The notes under the pieces were generated by a model. It was not told the DNA's origin and did not search any database. It saw nothing but the letters and a program-made list of their open reading frames with translations. Positions 31,774-41,802 of a stretch of 64,000 nt of DNA are shown one piece after another. Positions within the stretch are counted from its first letter, which is position 1, and each line of letters begins with the position of its first letter. Origin of the DNA: Macrostomum lignano (lineage: Eukaryota). Location: assembly GCA_002269645.1 (NCBI GenBank), contig NIVC01001256.1, forward strand, positions 124,001 to 188,000, in the 5' to 3' direction. A program made the translations under genes and the position numbers.

Positions 31774-32810
31774 GGGGGATTTGTAGCCTAGTGTTAAGTG
31801 GTAAGTCGCTGACTGCGCCGGCAGCTCAACCCCCTGGCCAGTTGCAACTCTGTCAGGCTGAAGTGGATCCCAGGGCACGCAGGGTTTCCGGGGAACGAGT
31901 TGGCAGACACCCTCGCCAAGAGGGGTGGCTCTGGCTCCTTCCTAGGCCCTGCTCCCCTGGTCCCTATCCCTTCTACGGTCATCAATCGTCAGATCGATGA
32001 CTGGGCTGATTCCCTTCACAGGGACAGATGGGCGGGCGCCCAGAACTGCTGGCAATCACGTCCTGCGGTTCCGTGCCCCTCTCGCAGGCTCAGGAACATC
32101 TTTCGGAACCAAAACCGGAAGGTTTAAAAACCTTTACCGGCCATGGCTACCTCGCTAGACACTGCTTCCTCCCTTCCTCCGAGGAGACCTCGAGAGTGAA
32201 CTTTGCCCTTTTTGCGAGTACGGTAATGAAGATGCTCAGCACTTTGTCTGTCACTGCCCTTTCTTTACCATGCAGAGACCGGCTACGCTACCTCGGACCG
32301 AACCCGTCCATTGACGAGGTCTGCCAGCCCGACAGCATCCCACGGCTCATCCAGTTCCTTCGGGCGACAAGACGAGCGACTTTCTTCCCCACGGAAGATC
32401 ACGCTGCAGGACGGACCGGCGGACCACCCTGACCGGCCCCACGCCTCTGCCTGTCTGCGGGGCTTTAGGGGCTGGCGGAATGGGCGACCCTGCAGCTAGT
32501 CAAGTCAAGTAATTCAAGTGGTAAGATCGCCAGACTCACAACTGAAGGTCGAGGGTTCGATTCTCGACACATTCAGAACAATCTGTGTGCATGAGCAAGA
32601 CACTTAACTCTGCATTCTTTCACTTCACCCAGCTGTAAAATGGGTGCCAGCATTAGCTGGGGTAATAGAGGGTGTGTGGCGACCCCCAGTCCTTGGAATA
32701 AAAAGCTGTAGGCAGCCTTCAGATGCATTGCGCAATAGCCCCGGCTGAGCACATGTGGGTTGCACATGTGGCCCAATTGGGGCAGGTGTAATCAATCATT
32801 ATTATTATTT
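31774..32810 (+). mobile_element. tRNA-derived SINE (Nin/Deu-like core), split by a LINE insertion
   Basis: Head ggggatttgtagcctagtg..gtggtaag, B-box ggttcgattc near 32554, core tgagcaagacacttaactc..cacccagctgtaaaatgggt, (att)n tail near 32800. The core family assignment is from memory only. Confidence 0.6.
31806..32515 (+). mobile_element. 5'-truncated non-LTR retrotransposon (RNase H plus CCHC C-terminus)
   Basis: LASCNSVRLKWIPGHAGFPGNELADTLAKRG (RNase HI), TGHGYLARH, CPFCEYGNEDAQHFVCHCP, (tcaag)n tail; flanked by duplicated aagtggtaag at 31796-31805 and 32516-32525. Confidence 0.85.
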
Positions 32811-32999
32811 ATCAGTACCAAATGCGGAACGTTAACGGCCGGCTGTAAAGCATCTGGATGGATCCGGACATGGTAGATACTGACTTTGGTGCAAGTGCAA
32901 ATAAATGAAATAAACAACTGGATCATAGGGGAGTGTTCGGGGTTCGGGATCGGGTTAGGAATAAAAATGACAAATAGTACCAGAGATGCATGCCCTATT

Positions 33000-34130
33000 G
33001 GGCTCTACGTCCAATCTGCAGCCCCCGCCGCAGCTCCTCGTCGCGGAGGGGAGCTTCCCCTGGGAGGAGTCGAAGAGCGCCGTAACCCGGACATCATGTC
33101 GTGAGTACGAATCGGTTTTACACCGGGGGAGCTAGTTCTGCGGCCCACTACCTCCCTGCTCTGCTGCTTAGAAGGGCCGGTGATATCGAGACGAACCCGG
33201 GGCCCGCGAGCAACTGCGGGCAGGTCGAATGCGGTCGGCCCCTGCGTGGCAGATTCCTGCACTGCAGCAGCTGCGGCCTCGACTACCACCTGAGCCGCTG
33301 GGCTGCGAACAGAGCGGTTGATGCTCCCAACTGGAGCTGCCGTGTTTGCGCCAACCGTCCTACAGCCACCCCTGTTGTTCAATCAGCACCAGAGCTGGTG
33401 GAGTCCGACTCGCCTCATCAATCCGAGAGTTGTGCTGCGCGGCGAGAAGCTCTGCTGTGCCGCCTTCAGCAAGACAAACCTAACTGCGCCAACTGCCGTA
33501 AACCCGTGCAGGTTAGCCCCGTCATAGCTTGCTGTTACATCTGTGAGTGCTTCTTCCACAATGCCTGCCCTCGCGCCACTCGGGAGCAGATTAAGAAAGA
33601 GGTCAGCTGCGGCGGTGCCTAAACTGCACCACGGCTGCCTGCCGCCCTGATGGGGGAGCTTAAGGATCTGGTCGTCCGTCTCAATGCGGACATTGCCACT
33701 GTTCAAGAATCCAACCTCACCTCTTTTAATAAGATGCCGAAAGTTCCTGGCTTCGTCACGGCGCGCAAAGACCGGAAGATATTCAGAATGGACCCAAACA
33801 TTAAGGTGGGGGATGGTCTCTTGTTCCTGGTCGCCGGAAGCTGCAGGGCTCGACCGGTGGCACGACTGAAGGCTGCCGAATCTCCATCAGCACGTCCGCC
33901 AGCAAAAAGATCGTCATCTCCAACATCTACCGCCCTCCGATCCGGCAGTCCGAAGGCACCGACCACCGTGAGCACCCGAGCGTTGACAGCTGGCTTCGGT
34001 GCTTTCAACCCGCTGTGGGGCAGCGAACCCCATCGCCTCATTGACTGGTGTACCACCACCAGCTACCGGATCCTGAATAATGAGCAGCACACGTGCGTAG
34101 ACCGGCGCTCGGGCCGCACCTCCATAACAT
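33000..34130 (+). mobile_element. Decayed 5' part of an APE-type non-LTR element (2A, PHD-like fingers, AP endonuclease)
   Basis: LLRRAGDIETNPGP; Cys/His clusters C..C..HCSSC..H..CRVC and CANC..CYICECFFHNAC; APE motifs DIATVQESNL and FGAFNPLWGS; frameshifts and stops present. Confidence 0.8.
33161..33205 (+). other. 2A (StopGo) ribosomal-skip motif LLLRRAGDIETNPG|P
   Basis: Exact match to D-[V/I]-E-x-N-P-G-P (D codon at 33182). Confidence 0.8.
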
Positions 34131-34629
34131 TTGTCAAATTCCAAGTTAAAAATTATAATAAATTATTATGCTTGTCAATTTAGCTTAGATCTACAAATAT
34201 GTGCATCTATAGCACAGGTATTATAATCCTAGATACTTGAATCTTTAGTTGATTCCACGGAAATCGCATCGCTCACTGCTAGAGCCTACTATCGGTGTAG
34301 TAGTCTGTACAGATATAACTATTATTAAGATGCACCAATAAATGCTGTAATCTCATCAGTCTGATTCAATGTTTTTGATAGTAGCTCGTAAATCATACTT
34401 GGATCATCAGATGTTGAATTAAAATGCGTTTGCACTGCTGAACTGACGAGTAGTTTATCGTCAACAAGCATTTGCGCACTTGTAGGGATTTTTCATCAAA
34501 AATGAGCGAAAAGCAATTGGAGAAGAAATTTAGCTTGAAATGTCTATTAACCACACTTAAATATGAGCGTTCATTTATTCAGAATATCTCAGCCAGTCGG
34601 GCGAGCTTTGATGTCTTCTCATCTCTGAT

Positions 34630-34898
34630 AAAAGAATCCAGCTCGAAGGTCTATCTGGAGGAATATGGCTCCTTCAATGTCCGGCTCAGTTACTTTGGCG
34701 GAGGCGGTGAGCTCCGACTCGCTGGTGGTGCTGAGCAGTTCCGCTATCAGACCCAGAAGCTGCTGCACCCTGTGGTGGCTCAGATTTGGCTGCTCCGATG
34801 CTGTTCGTACCGGATGGCGGCGCGGCTGCCGTCACGCCTGGAATTGAACCGGATGGAGTTCAGGGACTGCCTGGCACTGAATACCGGTCTCTTCTGCA
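34630..34898 (-). pseudogene. Orphan duplicate of exon 2 of secreted-family member B
   Basis: Near-identical to about 35840-36113 (offset 1215 nt); carries the 3' UTR homologous to member A, with AATAAA at 34574-34579; no exon 1 of its own. Confidence 0.6.
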
Positions 34899-34924
34899 CT
34901 GATTGCATGTAATTGAAGTTTTCT

Positions 34925-35830
34925 TCTCTTTATCCAGTTCCTATCCAGTCCCTATTCGGTCTCTATCCAGTCTCTATCCAGTCTCTATCCATTCTCTATC
35001 CAGTCCATCCAGTCTCTATCCAGTCCCTATCCAGTCTCTATCTAGTCTCTATCCAGTCTCTATCCAGTCTCTATCCAGTCTCTATCCAGTCTCTATCTAG
35101 TCTCTATCTAGTCTCTATCCAGTCTCTTTCTAGTCTCTATCCAGTCTCTATCCAGTCTCTATCCAGTCTCTATCTAGTCTCTATCCAGTCTCTATCCAGT
35201 CTCTATCTAGTCTCTATCCAGTCTCTATCCAGTCTCTGTCTAGTATCTATCCAGTCTCTATCCAGTCTCTATTGCGGTCTCTATCCAGTCTCTATCCAGT
35301 CCCTATCCAGTCTCCATCCAGTATCTATTGCAGTCTCTATCCATTCTCTATCCAGTCTCTATCCAGTCTCTATCCAGTCTCTATCCAGTCTCTATCTAGT
35401 CTCTATCCAGTCTCTATCCAGTCTCTATCCAGTCTCTATCCAGTCTCTATCTAGTCTCTATTGCAGTCTCTATCCATTCTCTATCCAGTCCATCCAGTCT
35501 CTATCCAGTCCCTATCCAGTCTCTATCCAGTCCCTATCCAGTCTCTATCTAGTCTCTATCCAGTCTCTATCCAGTCTCTATCCAGTCTCTATCCAGTCTC
35601 TATCTAGTCTCTATCTAGTCTCTATCCAGTCTCTATCTAGTCTCTATCCAGTCTCTATCCAGTCTCTATCCAGTCTCTATCTAGTCTCTATCCAGTCTCT
35701 ATCCAGTCTCTATCCAGTCTCTATCCAGTCTCTATCCAGTCTCTATCTAGTATCTATCCAGTCTCTATCCAGTCTCTATCCAGTCTCTATCCAGTCTCTA
35801 TCTAGTCTCTATTGCAGTCTCTATCCATTC
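34925..35830. repeat. About 11-bp ctatccagtct repeat; related arrays at 36135-36298 and 39045-39400
   Basis: Direct reading; lies in introns of secreted-family members. Confidence 0.93.
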
Positions 35831-35835
35831 TCTCT

Positions 35836-36364
35836 ATCTCTGATGGAAGAATCCAGCTCGAAGGTCTATCTGGAGGAATATGGCTCCTTCAATGTCCGGC
35901 TCAGTTACTTTGGCGGAGGCGGTGAGCTCCGGCTTGCTGGTGGTGCTGAGCAGTTCCGCTATCAGACCCATAAGCTGCTGCACCCTGTGGTGGCTCAGAT
36001 TTGGCTGCTCCGATGCTGTTCGGACCGGATGGCGGCGCGGCTGCCGTCACGCCTGGAATTGAACCGGATGGAGTTCAGGGACTGCCTGGCACTGAATACC
36101 GGTCTCTTCTGCACTGATTGCATGTAATTGAAGTTTTCTTCTCTTTATCCAGTTCCTATCCAGTCCCTATTCGGTCTCTATCCAGTCTCTATCCAGTCTC
36201 TATCCATTCTCTATCCAGTCCATCCAGTCTCTATCCAGTCCCTATCCAGTCTCTATCTAGTTCCTATCCTGTCCCTATAAGGTCTCTATCCAGTCTCGCA
36301 AGTGAAACTCACCGATCAACATTGTCACAAAAAGGCAGACGAGAATGGCGGAGACGAGTCGCAT
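35836..36364 (-). pseudogene. Secreted-family member B (signal exon intact, exon 2 interrupted or truncated)
   Basis: Exon 1 36364-36313 (MRLVSAILVCLFVTMLI, |gtgagt) is homologous to member A exon 1. Acceptors at 36114/36109. The frame homologous to A (VPEL..EQPNL..QQLL..AIFLQ) has a TGA after QFQA. Confidence 0.6.
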
Positions 36365-36457
36365 TGTTACGGTCAAAGTCTGCTTGGTAGAGAACAAGTA
36401 AGTCCTGGCTGCGTCAGTTCACCGATTGAGTCCCCAGTTCTGAGCAGTGTGCCAGAA

Positions 36458-36463
36458 TTTATA
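36458..36463 (-). promoter_or_regulatory. TATA box of member B
   Basis: TATAAA about 95 nt upstream of ATG 36364. Confidence 0.55.
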
Positions 36464-36699
36464 CCAAAAATAAGTGCCATAGACACCTGATAGCCCTTCA
36501 AATTTGAATTCTGTTCAAAAAAGTTGCATTCGAATACGATTTAGAAAATGGCAGAATTCAGAGCTCAAGCGTTCCAAGCCTCAGGCAGCTGAATAGTTTC
36601 TTGAAAAGTGAGTAAGTCTCTCAACAAGCTGCTCCCAGTGAGTGACGTGGCAGCTACTGATAAAGTTTTCACAGGCTGTTTGCAGCTGACAACAAGTGC

Positions 36700-37400
36700 C
36701 TATCCGTAGTCGAAAGAATGTGCGAGACTTTTGCAGGCATCCAGTCTTAAAAGAAGCATGTGTGACATTGCTATGCCCCGAAGGCTCAAGTCAAAGGTTT
36801 TGGGGGAAGCAGGCGAGGAATTCAAGATGTTTCCAGAGCTGGTTGACGGTGCAAAAAGGGGTGACGAGGGCATCGTGGGAGAAGCGAGTGGAACCATCCC
36901 GGAGGGAGGGCCGCGGAGTTGGTGATTTTTAACAGACGGATCAGGCAAAATGGAGTCAAGTGTGTCACGTGGAGTTGTAGAGAGGAACTCTTTGGGTGGC
37001 AACAGCAGGTTAACTGCACGTGCAGCTCCATGGTGGTAGGTGGGTGGGTGAGCGACTGGTGCATCACGACCCAGTGGATAATGCCCGGTCACACGGACAT
37101 CCATGGCAACAAAAGAGCGGACGAGTTGGCAAAGATGGCAACTCAGCTGGACCAGAGCACGACCGCGGAGACACTTTAGAGACCGCTCGAAGCCTAACAA
37201 TCCGGTCGGTGTACAGTAGTAAGATTGAGTACCCCGACGCTGGCAGAAGGATTACAACGCTGTTGGAGCAGCTGCGTAGGCACAAAATACTGGCGGCAGA
37301 ATGTCGGGTTAGAGCCGAGAGCAGTGTGTGACAACTGCGGCTGATGGGACGGCCTTAGAAAGCGCCTGCCCGATGCAGTCGCTGGCTGATTTGAACAAAG
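36700..37400 (+). mobile_element. Decayed non-LTR RNase H region
   Basis: Broken IF(T)DGS motif near 36920 and QWIMPGHTDIHGNKRADELAKMA; multiple frameshifts. Confidence 0.6.
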
Positions 37401-37841
37401 GTGAGATTGTGCAGTCGCAAAAAGTCCTCAGGGCGGGCCATCCGCAGTGAAGAGAGTGTACCGAGGACACAAGCAACAAAATACCGTGTCAGATATTGAA
37501 GAGTTTAAGAGTGGTGATCAGTCACTCAAAAACTCCCACTTCTAGACACTGGGGAACAAGTGCCTAGGTATTTACCAGTTCAAACAACTTACTGCAGCGA
37601 ATCCTCTTGGGGTCGGCAGCCGGTGGAGTTCTGTGGCGCGTCGGGATAGCAAGCTTGCTGAGCGGTTACGGCGACCGGTTCCGGTGAACAACTGTTTTTC
37701 TTTGGTGTCCTTAACTTTATCTGTGGGTCGACCAAACGAGAGCGAATCAGAACTTCTTAACGGTCCTCGAGCTCGAAATTCACAATAGAACGTGCACGTG
37801 CGCCCTTATGAACAATTGAATTCTCTGACTGTCTGTACTAG

Positions 37842-37888
37842 GTCCTCCTGAAGGGCGTCTTCTTCGTACGTCCGAAACGTAACGGATA
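37842..37888 (+). other. Degenerate minimal hammerhead-like motif (Penelope pLTR style)
   Basis: ctgaag-ggcgt..acgtcc-gaaacgta followed by aataaa. The CUGANGA core is imperfect and stem I is mismatched. Confidence 0.33.
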
Positions 37889-38759
37889 ACTCAATTAACT
37901 CAATAAATCCTCTAGGAATATCCTAGGAAACAAGGAGGCCTTTCTCAAATGTATCAACAATGAACTGCTCTCGTATAACTCAATTAACCAACTTATTAAC
38001 GCTAGTAACAAATAACTAAATCGGGTAAACGCTTACCAATTGGACAGGTGTGGTCCCTCAGAGATTGGTCTTCTTGTTTCTTCAGAGTCTTCTTAGAGAT
38101 TGCTCCGAGTCTGAATTTTTGACTCGAATTTTGACTTATATTTATAGCAAAATTTTGGAGAAAAACCGGTTTGGGATTGGGTATTTACTTAGGTCAAAAA
38201 TGTTTGATTAAGCGGTCATGCATGTTTGAGCATTACCATATATGGAGTTAAACAAATACAGCTGTTGAAATCCGGTTCCTTGATCAAACAATGTAGGTTT
38301 CTAAATCATTCTGTTTGCGCGTGATTCCTAAAATAGATATGACTCATTTTGAAAGAAATTGACTTCCTTAGAATATTACTTTAAGTAGAGTAGTACATGG
38401 TCTAATAACTCTCTGCAATATGATACAACCACAGAGTCTCAGGCGCCTCTCTGGGCTTGGGCTGCACCGCTGACCAAACCCGGAGCGCCGGAATCAGTGA
38501 CTTTCATAGCTTTGATTCAGATCTTAATTTAAAATGAGTTTGTACTACTCAACTGACTAGTAGTTTATCGTTAAACTATATCGAAACCAGCAGTCGTGCA
38601 CTTTCGGGATAATAAAAAATTAACGAAAAGCAATAGGGGATTTGCTTGAAACGTCTATTAACCAGATTTGTTAATAAGAATTTATTTGTTTGGAATATCT
38701 CAGCCAGTCAGCGAGCACTGATGTCTTCTCGTCTCTGATGAAGAATCCAGCTCGAAGCT

Positions 38760-39575
38760 CTATTGGAGGATCATTCTTTTCTCGTACTTGGCGACCGGCC
38801 TGATTTCGGGGGTGGTGGTTGGCTCCGGCATCCTGTTGGTGTCCCGGTCCAGCAGTTTCTGCAGAACAGCCAGCAGCTTCTGCAGATTGGGCTTCTCTTT
38901 TTGGTTCTTGTGATCCCGGTTTTTTAAAATGAACGGCGTGACGGTCGAAACGTCTGGAATCAGATCGATTGAGAGTTCAGGGAGTTCGTTGAAGCTGAGC
39001 ATTCCACGGGATCGGGTCTCTCTCTCCTCTACTGAATTGGAGCCTATCCTGCCTATATCCAGTTTCTATCCTGCCTATATCCAGTTTCTATCTAGCCTAT
39101 ATCCATTTTCTATCCTGCCTATATCCAGTTTCTATCCTGCCTATATCCAGTTCTATCTAGCCTATATCCATTTTCTATCCTGCCTATATCCAGTTTCTAT
39201 CCTGCCTATATCCAGTTTCTATCTAGCCTATATCCAGTTTCTATCTAGCCTATATCCAGTTTCTATCTAGCCTATATCCAGTTTCTATCTAGCCTATATC
39301 CAGTCTCTATCTAAGCCTATATAGTCTCTAATCTTGTTTATATCAAGTCTATCTAGTCTATATCTAGTCCCTATTTAGTCTGTATCTAGTCTCCTTCTAG
39401 TTTTCATCCCTTCTCTTACGAGCGTATACCATTTGTCGCTCAATTCTGCCCCCTCCTGAAGGACAGGAGGCACTCTGTTCTTTCTCCGAATGCTTTGTTA
39501 GCCAGCCCCGAGCTGAAACTTACCGATCAGCAGAGCCACAAAAAGGCACACAAGAATTGAGGAGGCGATTCGCAT
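38760..39575 (-). CDS. Small secreted protein, family member A (107 aa, ends RMILQ)
   Basis: Exon 1 39575-39524 (MRIASSILVCLFVALLI, |gtaagt, phase 1); exon 2 39031-38760 after aattcag|; AATAAA at 38681-38686. Confidence 0.76.
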
Positions 39576-39653
39576 TGTTCCTGTTTAAGCCTGCCTTAGC
39601 TGAGCACAAATGAGTTTTGCTGACTCAGCTCCCCTGTTCTCTCGGGCATCAAA

Positions 39654-39661
39654 TTTATATA
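39654..39661 (-). promoter_or_regulatory. TATA box of member A
   Basis: TATATAAA about 80 nt upstream of ATG 39575. Confidence 0.6.
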
Positions 39662-40586
39662 GTAAAAATTCAATGGCGAAAAGTCAGTCAGTTGCTACTT
39701 CAGGCTCGAATAAAGTGACTTCTGCGTCTTTTTTTCGCAGAATGCAAAAACTTTAAGTGTCCTTTTTGAATAAGAAGTGTTTTGAAAAGTGGAAAATTTC
39801 TCTCAGAATGCCTGAAAAATTCTGCAGCTACGGATAAAGTTTCAGCCTCTTTTTCTCCTTTTTCTTCCAAAATCTCGACAGCAGCGGGAAAGCAGATGTG
39901 CTCACGATCTGCTGAGAGCTTAGGTGAGATATTCCTGCCATCGCAACTCAACTCTCTGACTGTCGCGACTTTCCTAGTCATTTCTTAGTTCACCTTCAAT
40001 TGTCTCTGTTTACTCCGTTTTCTCTCTCTCTGTCTAGCTCAATCTTGTTATTCTTATCTCTCTCTCCCTTGCTGCGTTCTGATTGGCTCTCCGTTCTCGC
40101 CTCTTTCCTCAGTCGCGCACTCCACCCCCTCTCTTTATTATTCTGGGCTCAACCCCCCAAAGTTAAATGTTCTATAAATATATCGGTTTGGGCCCTGCGC
40201 CCACTTACTCCTCCTCCTGCTCCTTCAATTTAACTCTAATTAAATAGTCTTCAGTTTAGTATTTTTTCTACACTGACCTCTCGGCAGCTGAAGGAAACTG
40301 ATTAAACTTGTGCATATTTACCTTATGAAGGTGGGACTGAATGCCTTTGTCGCTTTGAGTAAACTTTTCATGACCCGAGTTCCACGCCAATTAGGGACCA
40401 ACCCAAAATCAAATAAATCGTTTATTTTATTTTTTGTTTGTGGGGAGCCGCCATAGCAACCGGGTCGGCACAGAAGATAAAATAGCGGAGGTGCTTCCCA
40501 GCACTCCACCGTCTATTCTCCCCCGAGGAAAAAGAGGGCAATCACTGACAAGAATACACTGAAGATACACTCGTAGTTGCCAAGCT

Positions 40587-41336
40587 ATGAGGTGCGAATT
40601 AGCCGTCGCAATTCTGATCCTGAGCAGCCAGTTGGAGCCAGCCAAGGCCGTCTGTCCCGCGCCGTTCGCTACCGAGGCGGGCAGGTGTGTATTGATAAAC
40701 CGACTGCAGGCCTACAGCTGGTGCGAGGCCAACCTGCAGTGCGAAGCCCTCGGAGGCGAGCTCATCAACTCGTACAGCTCGCTGAAGCTGCTGGCCGACA
40801 TGCCGAGCTTTCAATGCGCCGACACGAGCAAGAGCAGCGGTGTGTGGCTCGGGGTGACCGACCTGGCCGAGGAGAGGGGGACCAACAGGTCCGGCTGGCA
40901 GCTGGGGAACAGGAACGGCGTACTGCCCCTGAACGACTCCCTGTGGTTCCCCGACACGCCCAGCAGCAAAAGCAGCGACCAGGACTGCCTGTCCACCTCC
41001 GACTTCTCAACTGAACTCATCGATCTGAAGTGCTCAACTCTGCGCGGATTTGCCTGCGAGTTCGTGGGAGCCGCGGCTCGGAATTTGACGGTGAGAGCCA
41101 CGTGGCGGCGGGTGCAGTTCAGGCGCTTGGACTTCAGCTCTGAGTATTGCTATGCGGATGTGCGGCGAGTGCTCAGCCCGATTCACTGCTTGGCGGCCGC
41201 CACCAAGGCTGGCAAAAGCAAGGACCTGCTGTACAACAGCAAGCTGAGGACCTGCCGTCTGCTGCTGTTCTCTGACGCCCAGGTTCAGGAGCAGATCGAG
41301 ACCAGCGCCGACTGGGTGAAGTTCAGCGCCTACTGA
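40587..41336 (+). CDS. Intronless secreted C-type lectin-domain protein with a degenerate PAN/apple-like C-terminal domain (249 aa)
   Basis: Signal MRCELAVAILILS..AKA; CTLD pattern CP..F....GRC, SWCEAN..C..LGG.L, VWLGVTD, WFPDTP...DCL, LIDLKC...FACE; tail C..A..LLYN..LRTCRLL. Confidence 0.88.
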   Translation: MRCELAVAILILSSQLEPAKAVCPAPFATEAGRCVLINRLQAYSWCEANLQCEALGGELINSYSSLKLLADMPSFQCADTSKSSGVWLGVTDLAEERGTNRSGWQLGNRNGVLPLNDSLWFPDTPSSKSSDQDCLSTSDFSTELIDLKCSTLRGFACEFVGAAARNLTVRATWRRVQFRRLDFSSEYCYADVRRVLSPIHCLAAATKAGKSKDLLYNSKLRTCRLLLFSDAQVQEQIETSADWVKFSAY

Positions 41337-41802
41337 CGCGCGAAAGGCCCCGATGCGAGTGGGTGTCCTGAATCAAATTCCACCAAAGCTCCGTTCTCTA
41401 AACGTTTCCCAAAGAGGCAGCCTTGCACCTGTCCGGTGCACAGGTTGTTGTACAAGTGTATCGATTTGTATTCTAACAAAATACAACTTGAGTACTCCAG
41501 CCATGTGAACTCCAGGTCTCCATGGTCTCTCCAAGATAATCGCATCAAATAAAAAATAAATTGAACATCATTTTTTGTTCGGCCGGGCAAAGTCAATTAA
41601 AAAAAACAAAGCAAGACTTTTTATCATTCCTATGTTGCCACGCGTTAAAATACTCGAAGTAATTTGTTTTCAACATATTAAGCGAAAGATACCACAGAAA
41701 CTGCGTTATGCGGCAAAAGTGACCGCATATGAATTCTTTGTCATCAGCTTAGCCGCATCTCGCCTCTCCACCTGCCGCTCCGCCTGCCGCTCCACCTGCC
41801 GC

